A program made the position numbers and the translations under genes. This document shows, piece by piece, positions 1 to 7,889 of a stretch of 12,267 nt of DNA; the stretch's first letter is position 1; each line of letters starts with the position of its first letter. Below the pieces are notes generated by a model. The model saw nothing but the letters and a program-made list of their open reading frames with translations. It did not search any database and was not told the DNA's origin. The DNA is from Candidatus Heimdallarchaeota archaeon. GTDB taxonomy: Archaea > Asgardarchaeota > Heimdallarchaeia > JABLTI01. The stretch lies in contig JAUWKS010000085.1 of assembly GCA_030614005.1 (NCBI GenBank), forward strand, positions 1 through 12,267, written 5' to 3'.

Positions 1-25
1 ACAAGGAAGAAGCATAGTTCTTTAC

Positions 26-136
26 TGACTGCCAAAAAGTCAACAGCCTTCGAGGCTCCAGCCCCGTGCCGTATACCGACTCGGGAATCCCCCACTCGAC
101 TGTTCCTAGTGGGGGCTCAGAAATGAAATGCATCAA
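26..136 (+). mobile_element. GC-rich multi-hairpin element resembling the right end (and TnpB omegaRNA region) of an IS200/IS605-family element; any upstream transposon genes would lie outside the window
   Basis: Positions 45-117 are 64% GC (47/73 counted). Stems: TGACT 26-30/AGTCA 38-42; AGCCT 45-49/AGGCT 53-57; CCCG 63-66/CGGG 82-85; perfect 8-bp CCCCCACT 89-96/AGTGGGGG 108-115. GAAT (85-88) sits at the foot of the last hairpin and TCAA (133-136) follows it, the guide/cleavage tetranucleotide layout known for IS608-type right ends. The hairpin-to-TCAA spacing (17 nt) is longer than I recall for typical elements. Confidence 0.4.
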
Positions 137-159
137 CTTGCTTGTTACGGTGACTGAGA

Positions 160-191
160 ATGGATAGATGTCCTATTTGTCCATAAAAAAA
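160..191 (-). terminator. Probable terminator of the ABC permease gene
   Basis: A7 at 185-191 reads as a U7 tract on the minus strand about 30 nt past the permease stop. It is adjacent to an imperfect inverted repeat, ATGGATAGAT 160-169/ATTTGTCCAT 175-184. Confidence 0.35.
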
Positions 192-218
192 GGAACGGTT
201 AAGAAATTATTAAATAAG

Positions 219-3074
219 TTAAACTGTTGGCTGTAATGATTCTGCAACTTTATCTCGTCTTGTTCGAAGCAAAGATGGAAAAGCAGCAAGTATTGGTGCT
301 CCCAGGATAAATACAATTACTGCTCCTAACCAAATAAAATTGACGGAATAGCTGAGAGGCAGTATTACTCTTTCCAGTAAGAAGGGTTTGGTTAGATGTA
401 AGCTTAGTAGCACCATTGGAAATGCAATAAGAGCACTGGCCACTAAAGTCGCTAAATTGATTATCAATAACTCAGAAGAAACCATCCAAGATAGATTTCT
501 ATGTGAGTTCCCTAATGCAGATAATATAGCAATATTTTGTTTTCTTTGTGTAAGAACAAAATCAATATTTGTCAATATTACAAGTAAACCGATGATATTA
601 ACCAAAATGATTTGTGCAAAGAAGAAAGCTTCAATGGACGGAACATATCGATAAACATATTCTTCTCCAAAGCTAACATATTCTAATGGAGTGTTTACTC
701 CCACAACTGAAGTTAAAGAAGAAATTTCATTTTCTACATCTGCTAAGTTAGCATTTTCAGTCATACTAGCAAAAAATAAATCAGTTGTCTCAATGCCATA
801 ATCACTGACTATTTTCTCATCACAGATTATCATATAATATGGGTTTGGTTGATCAAGTGCCAGATTTTCCCCTCCGGATAATCCTAAACCTGGGGCAGAA
901 TGAATAATACCTACAATCGTAAAAACATCACTACCAAAGGAAGCACCAATTTGTAAATTACTTATGGTAACTGTATCCCATATTTCCAGATTGAATCTTC
1001 TTACTAGAGAGTCACTAATGAAAGTGCCATTTTCAACCATTTGCAATCTATTTAGCCAATCTATGTGACTATAATCAATATAATCTTCTGACATAATATC
1101 GTCGCTATAAATAAAACTACTATAGTCCCAACGACCGATATTGACGTACTGACTAACATTGACACCATAAAGGGTTATAAAATCAAAACCATATTTCCCT
1201 GATACTTTCATCATTGGCATCACTTCTTCAACACCCTGAATATCAACTAATGTATTTGCAAAATCACGATTAATATTGAGTGTACTAATTCGAAGATCTG
1301 CGCCCTGATTGTAATAAGCGGTATCGATTTCATTTTGATTCAAAGTGCTAATAACGGTCATTGAAAAGATTGTTGTACTCGTAACAATTATCAGAATAAG
1401 CAATATTGGTGAAAATTTGAATTTGGAATTTCGAAGATTTTTTCTTACAAAGAAACCATTTTTTCCAAGAAGATTGTTATAAAGCCATTTAGAACGACCA
1501 AGTAAGCTTGTCAATCCAACTGAAGCACAAACAGCTAGTAAAATCAATAAGATTGTTAGAATAATGAACAGTACAGATCCTTCTTGAGTTAACTCAAGAG
1601 AGAAATAGTAGACATAATTAAAGTCTTTAGCATAAAGAATACCAAAAACGACTAGTAAAATAATTGTTGCTAAAGTAATTGCTAACATAAATCCAAAGAG
1701 AATCCATTTCTGTATTGTTTCTCTAAATTTCATCTCTCTTTCTGAGATTTCAGTGGTGAGTGTTCTATTTATTTTCAAGCTAGCAAAAATCATCGAGACA
1801 ATAATGATAGCTGATATTGTTAGAATTACAGGAATAATACTAATTTTGAGATTTAGTAGAAAAGTGGAGAATGTTAACCAAGTCAGTTGTTGAGTGCCAA
1901 AAGAAGGTATTATTGCTGCAACAACTAATGATATTGCAATTGAAGCTGACAGAGCGAGTAATGCGAGTGATAGAAATTCAAGCAAAAATACACCAATAAT
2001 TTGCTTTTTTTCTCCACCACGTTCTTTTAGTGTAATAATCTCAGTTTTCCTTTTTTCCATAATAACATTGGTCGTAATTAACGCTTGCAATAATCCCAAA
2101 AGAATTACTGGTAACAAGATGAACACGTAGATATTGGCTTTCTTGAATGATTGTTCTAAATCCTTTAATGGAGCATCAAGAATTGCCGGTAATGAACTTG
2201 TTTGAGCAATTTGCAAACGTTCAGTTAATAACTCAATCTTTGGAATAATTTCATTCACTCCATCTACTGTTAGGGCTTCAGCATTCAATTTCACAACTAA
2301 AAGAGGTTCTAACCCATTGTCTTCCATACGATCAATATCATTTGTATCAAGATTTTCTGATAAAAAGATAACCGAATTCTCAATGAAATCTTGAGAAAAA
2401 GAAGATTGCAACATGGTTATTCCGGGAGTGTGTTTATAGATGCCTCTAATAGTAATATTGTAGAAATGTTTTGGCTCATATTGGAACAACCTAGTGCCAA
2501 AATCAGTACTTTGTCTACAAACAGACATGTTTACTTTCATACCTGGAACAATTGTTTGATTATAGACTATTCCTAACTGCATGGCAACTGCTTCAGAAAT
2601 TAACGTATCATTCCCTTTCAAATCGAATTCACCTTCAACTGTAAATTGTTTTGAAATTCTGGTAATGGTATTGTTTGGAAACAATAACAAAGTCGATAAT
2701 CCTACAGGATTACTCATATCATCTTGAGATTCAAACGGCCAGAAACGATAAAATGGATCTTTGTCTTCTGCGTTAAAGAATGCTAAATTGTAGTGAATTA
2801 ATGCGGTAGAATCTACCAAACTATCAGCATCTAACCATTCCCGGATATCAGGAATTCTATCGGGAAGATAGGATCTCACTCGCAGTTCAAAATCTAAATC
2901 AGACATAAAATCAGTGATTGCTAAATTCTCAGAGGTGCTAGACCAAACACTTAGAGATGTAATAACTGTGATTGAAATAAAGAATCCCATGAAATATATT
3001 AGCGACTGTCTTTTCCCATTCCAAATATTCCTAAATGCACTTTGTAAATAGAATGCAAATGCCATTTCAATCAC
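219..3074 (-). CDS. ABC transporter permease, MacB/FtsX-like family, with two FtsX-type membrane domains and two large extracytoplasmic domains
   Basis: 951-aa ORF. N-terminal 'AFRNIWNGKRQS' plus a TM helix, then a soluble domain and a TM bundle with 'EKRKTEIITLKERGGEKKQI'. A second soluble domain is followed by a C-terminal bundle with 'QRKQNIAILSALGNSHRNL'. Both are typical FtsX-domain signatures. The ORF-track start is GTG at 3074; the in-frame ATG at 3065, preceded by SD-like GTGAT, is an equally plausible start. Confidence 0.88.
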   Translation of the reverse strand: MIEMAFAFYLQSAFRNIWNGKRQSLIYFMGFFISITVITSLSVWSSTSENLAITDFMSDLDFELRVRSYLPDRIPDIREWLDADSLVDSTALIHYNLAFFNAEDKDPFYRFWPFESQDDMSNPVGLSTLLLFPNNTITRISKQFTVEGEFDLKGNDTLISEAVAMQLGIVYNQTIVPGMKVNMSVCRQSTDFGTRLFQYEPKHFYNITIRGIYKHTPGITMLQSSFSQDFIENSVIFLSENLDTNDIDRMEDNGLEPLLVVKLNAEALTVDGVNEIIPKIELLTERLQIAQTSSLPAILDAPLKDLEQSFKKANIYVFILLPVILLGLLQALITTNVIMEKRKTEIITLKERGGEKKQIIGVFLLEFLSLALLALSASIAISLVVAAIIPSFGTQQLTWLTFSTFLLNLKISIIPVILTISAIIIVSMIFASLKINRTLTTEISEREMKFRETIQKWILFGFMLAITLATIILLVVFGILYAKDFNYVYYFSLELTQEGSVLFIILTILLILLAVCASVGLTSLLGRSKWLYNNLLGKNGFFVRKNLRNSKFKFSPILLILIIVTSTTIFSMTVISTLNQNEIDTAYYNQGADLRISTLNINRDFANTLVDIQGVEEVMPMMKVSGKYGFDFITLYGVNVSQYVNIGRWDYSSFIYSDDIMSEDYIDYSHIDWLNRLQMVENGTFISDSLVRRFNLEIWDTVTISNLQIGASFGSDVFTIVGIIHSAPGLGLSGGENLALDQPNPYYMIICDEKIVSDYGIETTDLFFASMTENANLADVENEISSLTSVVGVNTPLEYVSFGEEYVYRYVPSIEAFFFAQIILVNIIGLLVILTNIDFVLTQRKQNIAILSALGNSHRNLSWMVSSELLIINLATLVASALIAFPMVLLSLHLTKPFLLERVILPLSYSVNFIWLGAVIVFILGAPILAAFPSLLRTRRDKVAESLQPTV

Positions 3075-3271
3075 TAAATCTACTTTGGATAGTTTACTAT
3101 TTATTACCTTAAATCTTTATTGACTAATGGAATAGAATGAATTCTCACAAGCATAAGAAATAAAACCACTGTATCTATAAAATTAGTGGTCTTTTGAAAA
3201 TTGGCTGCTATTTCAACTGAAACTAATTTCATTTCATTAACAGATAATAGTTAATAGCTTTACTTTGTAAA

Positions 3272-3286
3272 CAAAAGATTTAATTA
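3272..3286 (+). promoter_or_regulatory. Putative archaeal BRE + TATA box of the S9 peptidase gene
   Basis: Purine-rich CAAAAGA (3272-3278) followed by TTTAATTA (3279-3286), 25-32 nt upstream of ATG 3311. No SD is visible, consistent with a leaderless or short-leader mRNA. Confidence 0.45.
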
Positions 3287-3310
3287 TCTTTGAATGTTTA
3301 AATTTGATTT

Positions 3311-5137
3311 ATGACTGACTTTAAGCCAGATCCATTACCTTTTGATGAATTGTTAGGATTGCCATCTTATTCAATGCCTAAATTGAGTAAGGATAAGGAT
3401 AAACTAGCATTTTATTGGGATAAAACGGGTCGAATAGAATTATATGTGTTAGATATGGACAGCAAAGAAATTGAACAAATTTCTCATGGAGAATTGCCAA
3501 AAGCACCAAGAACAGGTTTCGCTTGGGGCAAAAAAGGAGAGAAAATTTTCTTCGGAAAAGATAGTGGTGGAGATGAACAAAATGATATTTGGGTTATAGA
3601 CCTTAAAACTAAAGAAGCAAAAGCTTTGACTGAAACACCAAAGGCACAAGAACACGTAGGTGAAATTAGCAATGATAACCAATGGTTAACTTTTATGAGT
3701 ACACGAGAGGGACAAATGAATGTTTTCAAAATGAAATTAGATGGGTCAGAAATAACACAATTATCAGCTTCAGATGTACCAGTAATGGGCGGAGCTTGGA
3801 GCCCAGATGACAAATTTATTGCTATGGGCACAAATGAAATGAAAACTAACTTAGAGAATGATGATATTTATCTTTACAGCATTGAAACAGGTGAAATGGA
3901 AAGAGTTGTAAGAATTTCCAAAGAAGGATCTCACGATAATTTTAACGAATGGGCTCCAGATGGAAAAAGCTTTTCACTACGATCAGATGCGTCAGGTTTG
4001 AATCAAGTAGGAATCTATAACATTGATTCGAAAGAGATTAATTGGTTGAGTGATGGTTCAGCAGATGAAAATGGCGGTATATTTAGTGAATCTGGAAAAT
4101 ATCTTGCAGTGTTACGAAATCAAGAATCAACAATAAAACCTTTTGTTTATGATCTTACAACAGGTGATAAGAAAGAGTTAGATATCCCAGAAGGGTTGGC
4201 CTTTTTCTATGATTTCATAGGTGATGATAAACTTCTCTTCTTTTACTCTAATCCTCAAGTTAAGGGAGATATTTGGATTTACGACCTAACTACTGATAAA
4301 TATGAAGTACTTCTTGCTTCAGAATATGGTTCAATTGACAAGTCAAAATTTCTAGAACCAGAGTATATCAAGTACAAATCTTTTGATGGATTGGAAATAC
4401 CAGCAATAGTATATAAACCCAAAAATATCCCCGAAGGGGCAAAGTTACCAGCAATTATCAACGTTCATGGTGGTCCTACAGGACAATATTTCAGAATGTT
4501 CGATGTTATGGACTCATATACAGCTTCGGAAGGTTTTGTTGTTATTTTACCCAATATTCGAGGAAGCACAGGATACGGTGTTGAATTTCGAGATGCTTGC
4601 ATCAAGGATTGGGGCGGTAAAGATTTACAGGATGTTGTTTATGCTGCAAAATATCTGAAATCCATACCATATGTTGATCCTGATAGAATTGGTGTTGGTG
4701 GAGGATCTTATGGAGGATTCATGACTTTTCTAGCAGTAACTAAAGAACCAGAACATTGGAAAGCAGGATTTGCCTGGATCGGTATCTCCGACATGTTTGC
4801 AATGTATGATGAATCAATGCCACACTTCAAGTATTTCCTCGCAAGACAAATGGGCGATCCAATTACTGACAAAGATTTATGGTACGATAGAAGTGCTGTA
4901 AACTTTGCTGAAAAGATGACTGCTAAATTACTAATATTCCATGGTGTGAATGACCCTCGTTGTCCTATTAGTCAAGCTAGAATATTTAGAGATAAATTAA
5001 ATGAGCTTGGCAAAAAGGAAGGAGAAGATTATGAATACATGGAATTAGACTCTGTTGGTCATGGCGGTTTCGGTGACATTGCTACTAGAAAGCTTACTGT
5101 AAAAACCATGGTTGAGTTTTTCAAAAGAGCGCTATAA
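3311..5137 (+). CDS. S9 family serine peptidase (acylaminoacyl-peptidase/dipeptidyl aminopeptidase-like): N-terminal beta-propeller plus alpha/beta hydrolase
   Basis: 608 aa. Propeller repeats (WSPDDK, WAPDGK, FSESGK); oxyanion-region 'VHGGP' and 'PNIRGSTGYG'; nucleophile 'GGGSYGG'; Asp in 'HGVNDPRCP'; His in 'GHGG'. The triad is intact and no signal peptide is evident. Confidence 0.93.
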   Translation: MTDFKPDPLPFDELLGLPSYSMPKLSKDKDKLAFYWDKTGRIELYVLDMDSKEIEQISHGELPKAPRTGFAWGKKGEKIFFGKDSGGDEQNDIWVIDLKTKEAKALTETPKAQEHVGEISNDNQWLTFMSTREGQMNVFKMKLDGSEITQLSASDVPVMGGAWSPDDKFIAMGTNEMKTNLENDDIYLYSIETGEMERVVRISKEGSHDNFNEWAPDGKSFSLRSDASGLNQVGIYNIDSKEINWLSDGSADENGGIFSESGKYLAVLRNQESTIKPFVYDLTTGDKKELDIPEGLAFFYDFIGDDKLLFFYSNPQVKGDIWIYDLTTDKYEVLLASEYGSIDKSKFLEPEYIKYKSFDGLEIPAIVYKPKNIPEGAKLPAIINVHGGPTGQYFRMFDVMDSYTASEGFVVILPNIRGSTGYGVEFRDACIKDWGGKDLQDVVYAAKYLKSIPYVDPDRIGVGGGSYGGFMTFLAVTKEPEHWKAGFAWIGISDMFAMYDESMPHFKYFLARQMGDPITDKDLWYDRSAVNFAEKMTAKLLIFHGVNDPRCPISQARIFRDKLNELGKKEGEDYEYMELDSVGHGGFGDIATRKLTVKTMVEFFKRAL

Positions 5138-5191
5138 TTCTTTTTTTCGCTCTTTTTTCACTCATTTTCTCTCTTTTTTTTGTCTTTTTTT
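5138..5191 (+). terminator. Extended polypyrimidine/U-tract terminator after the peptidase
   Basis: About 54 nt almost entirely T/C, with several T6-T8 runs, starting directly after TAA 5135-5137. Confidence 0.6.
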
Positions 5192-5295
5192 ACCTCAAAA
5201 AGAAAAGATATAATTAGGATTGGTTTATTCTTAATTGAATGAAAAGTTATTCATAATAAAATCAATCTGAATTACAATGTGGCGAGAATTCACAA

Positions 5296-7482
5296 ATGAC
5301 CTATTCTGTACCAGAAGAAATTGCCCAAGTAGAAATACTTGTGTCTGAAGGAAAATATTCATCAGCTCTAGATGAATTAGACATCATCGATACTACAAGT
5401 AAATTAGATTCTTCTGGAAATATTCTTTGTAAAACCATTAAGGGAAAGATACTTCTTAAATTAGGCGAATATGAGAATGCTTTAGTAAAAGCTGATGAGA
5501 TTTTACAAAACTATCAATATTTAGGAAACTCGTTGTTTGTTTTTGATGCTTATATAATTAAAATTCATGCTCTTGCTAATCTCAACCAAATACCAGAAGC
5601 ATTTGTGCTCTTAGAAAAAAGTATTGAGATTCTCAAATCACTTTCAAGTGAGAGTGTTTCTGAAATAAATCAAAGAAAAGCAGTCGCTTATCTACTTCGA
5701 GGAATCCTTTACGAAGGAAAAAATGAATTAAAACGTTCTCTTGATAACTTTTTACAGAGTCTTTCTCTCTTTCGAGAATTAGATAATAAACCACAAATTG
5801 CTGAAGCATTAACTGCTAACGCAAGAATTTATTTTAAAACAGGAGACGTTATTCGAGCTCAGTTAATTTATCAGCAAAGCTTAGATATTTACAAGGAACT
5901 AGGTAATGAGCTTGATGCTGCTTATGTGTTGAATAATCTTGGAATGATTTATGCATGGAAAGGAGATTATGGGTTAGCTTTAGAGCACAGTCTCCAAAGT
6001 TTGAGTATTAGTGATGAATTGGAAAACGAACGAGCAAAAGTTATTTTTCTACAAAGTATTAGCGAAGTGTTTTTCAAATTAGGAGAATTAGATCGCTCTC
6101 TTGAATATCTTGAAAAATGTTTATCCATTTATGAAGATCAAAATAATAAATCAGGGATAGCCTCTATTCTGAATTTCTTGAGCAGAATATTTTATCGAAA
6201 AGGTGAGATTGAAAAATCCATGGATTTTGCCAAGCAAAGTAAGGAAATCTATGAACAATTAGAAGAAAAACTTGGTCTCGCATCTGTGAATGATACTCTT
6301 GGTAAATTGGAATTAAGTTTAGGAAATGTAGGAAAAGCTCATTCTCTTTTGAAGGAAAGCTTGAACTTTCGAAGTGATCAAGTAAATCGTATGGAAACAA
6401 CTAGTACCCTATTTTGGTTAATTGTAGTTAGTATCGAAAGCAATGCACTAAATCAAGTACAGACATTTCTCCACAGAATTCAAAAAATCATTGAGAAACA
6501 GAAGAATGAATTGAGTGAATTAAGATATCATTTAGCTTCTGCACTAATACTTAAAACTAGTTCAAAGCAAGATATCCTTCGAAAAGCAAAAAATATGCTT
6601 CGAAGTATACTTTCAGGTGTTCTTCTCGATCATGAACTAGTTTCTCTTGCTCGCTATCATTTATGTGAATTATTAATAAAAGAAATTGAATTATTCCACG
6701 AGAAGGATGAAGTACAAAAACTTGCGACAACCATAGACAAATACTATGAGACCGCAAAGCAAATTGAATCGCATACAATGTATGCAGAATGCTTCTGGTT
6801 AAAAGTGCAATTATCTATGATTCGACATAATTATCAAGAGGCAAGAATTCATCTGGACCAAGCTCAACAAATAACTGAAGATAAAGGTTATAGAAGACTA
6901 GCTATGGATATCCCTCGAATGAGAAAAATGTTGGAATCCTATTTTGATTTGAATGTAGAACCAACAATAGATACTCGAGCTAACCTTGTGAATGATTTCT
7001 CTGAACCACTAAATGAAGATGTAATTCGTTTAGTCAATAAAAGAACAATTGATATGCCGCGATTTGAAGATGAAGAACCAGTACTCCTCATAATTGTCTA
7101 TGAAGGAGGGGTAACAATCTATTCGAAGAAATTCTCACAAAAGGAAATGATTGATGAAATGTTTGTTGGAGGATTTCTAACGGCTATTGATTCCTTTATG
7201 CATCAAACATTTGCAACAGGTGGATCAATTGAACGAATAAAACATCAAGAATATACTCTGTTATTGAAAGTCGAAAATCCACTTCTTTTCTGCTATGTCT
7301 ACAAAGGACAATCATTTACAGCAATCCAAAAATTAGATAATATAATTAGTGAACTAAAAAAATCAATTACTATATGGCATGCGCTTGTTAATAATCTAGG
7401 TGAGCAACTTTCTGATAAAGAAAAAGAGCAAATTGAGCAAATGGCAGATAATATCTTTCTTGAAGAAACCAAGCAAGAATAA
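5296..7482 (+). CDS. Tetratricopeptide-repeat protein with C-terminal longin-like domain (Asgard-type)
   Basis: 728 aa. Six exact 40-aa-period TPR-like repeats (e.g. VLNNLGMIYAWKGDYGLALEHSLQSLSI), additional helical repeats on both sides, and a C-terminal ~135-aa domain (VLLIIVYEGGVTIYSKKF...FVGGFLTAIDSF...SIERIKHQEYTLLL...LLFCYVYKG) with the beta-beta-alpha-beta-beta-beta-alpha pattern of longin domains. Confidence 0.8.
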   Translation: MTYSVPEEIAQVEILVSEGKYSSALDELDIIDTTSKLDSSGNILCKTIKGKILLKLGEYENALVKADEILQNYQYLGNSLFVFDAYIIKIHALANLNQIPEAFVLLEKSIEILKSLSSESVSEINQRKAVAYLLRGILYEGKNELKRSLDNFLQSLSLFRELDNKPQIAEALTANARIYFKTGDVIRAQLIYQQSLDIYKELGNELDAAYVLNNLGMIYAWKGDYGLALEHSLQSLSISDELENERAKVIFLQSISEVFFKLGELDRSLEYLEKCLSIYEDQNNKSGIASILNFLSRIFYRKGEIEKSMDFAKQSKEIYEQLEEKLGLASVNDTLGKLELSLGNVGKAHSLLKESLNFRSDQVNRMETTSTLFWLIVVSIESNALNQVQTFLHRIQKIIEKQKNELSELRYHLASALILKTSSKQDILRKAKNMLRSILSGVLLDHELVSLARYHLCELLIKEIELFHEKDEVQKLATTIDKYYETAKQIESHTMYAECFWLKVQLSMIRHNYQEARIHLDQAQQITEDKGYRRLAMDIPRMRKMLESYFDLNVEPTIDTRANLVNDFSEPLNEDVIRLVNKRTIDMPRFEDEEPVLLIIVYEGGVTIYSKKFSQKEMIDEMFVGGFLTAIDSFMHQTFATGGSIERIKHQEYTLLLKVENPLLFCYVYKGQSFTAIQKLDNIISELKKSITIWHALVNNLGEQLSDKEKEQIEQMADNIFLEETKQE
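5686..6405 (+). repeat. Six tandem 120-nt (40-aa) TPR-coding repeats, diverged at the DNA level
   Basis: Repeat starts at 5686, 5806, 5926, 6046, 6166 and 6286 align without gaps in the protein (x2-L-G/S-x2-Y/F-x3-G-x4-A/S-L-x3-x-S-L-x-I/L). Confidence 0.75.
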
Positions 7483-7490
7483 TTTTTTTT
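7483..7490 (+). terminator. U8 tract terminator of the TPR gene
   Basis: T8 immediately after TAA 7480-7482, in the short gap before the convergent cupin gene. Confidence 0.5.
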
Positions 7491-7506
7491 CGCAATCCAT
7501 TTATTA

Positions 7507-7839
7507 TCATTTTTTAGGAATATTCAATGTAATTAGCTTTAATTCTTTTGAGCTATTATTTTTGTATCCGTGTTTTTTTCCTGCAGGAACTTCAACAACA
7601 AGATTCGGTTTAATTTTATATTCCTTGTCTTCAATCCAACCTATCCCAGTTCCCTCTAGATAGAAGAAAATGTGATGATATTTATCAATATGAGATGGAA
7701 ATTCTCCTCCTGGTTCAACCTTTGTGATGACCATTTTTACATCAGACCATTCTTGAGGAATGAGTGATTTTCCAAAAACCTTTGAAGTTAAATTTGATCT
7801 TGTTTGTTTCCAATTTTTTTCATCAATGTGATAATTCAT
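7507..7839 (-). CDS. Small monocupin (cupin_2-like) metalloprotein
   Basis: 110 aa. Motif 1 'PGGEFPSHIDKYHHIFFYLEG' and motif 2 'VEVPAGKKHGYKN'. Ends in TGA followed by two in-frame TAA. Confidence 0.85.
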   Translation of the reverse strand: MNYHIDEKNWKQTRSNLTSKVFGKSLIPQEWSDVKMVITKVEPGGEFPSHIDKYHHIFFYLEGTGIGWIEDKEYKIKPNLVVEVPAGKKHGYKNNSSKELKLITLNIPKK

Positions 7840-7889
7840 ATTTTCAACAGACCTTACGTTTCTACTATATTCAAAGATGCTTTATTTGA

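Noticed and set aside
1-136. Left GC-rich element as tRNA, SRP RNA, RNase P RNA or group II intron end
   Set aside because: No cloverleaf or TTCRA T-loop context, no SRP helix-8 or RNase P (GAGGAAAGUCC) signatures on either strand, and no intact group II domain V.
98-200. 10-bp complementarity (two G-U pairs) between the hairpin loop 98-107 and 191-200, a possible pseudoknot
   Set aside because: Single instance with no covariation data, and the partner lies outside the proposed element end; chance cannot be excluded.
388-2576. Plus-strand ORFs 388-654, 1894-2130 and 2391-2576
   Set aside because: Short antisense shadows inside the permease with no recognisable motifs.
3449-4658. ORFs 3449-3682, 3484-3831, 4279-4461 and 4467-4658
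   Set aside because: Antisense or off-frame within the S9 peptidase; no independent coding signal.
7501-7509. TGA stop of the cupin as possible selenocysteine recoding
   Set aside because: Followed at once by two in-frame TAA, replaces no catalytic Cys, and no SECIS-like hairpin was seen.
6164-7663. ORFs 6164-6400, 6557-6778 and 7400-7663
   Set aside because: Overlap the well-supported TPR and cupin genes; composition looks non-coding.
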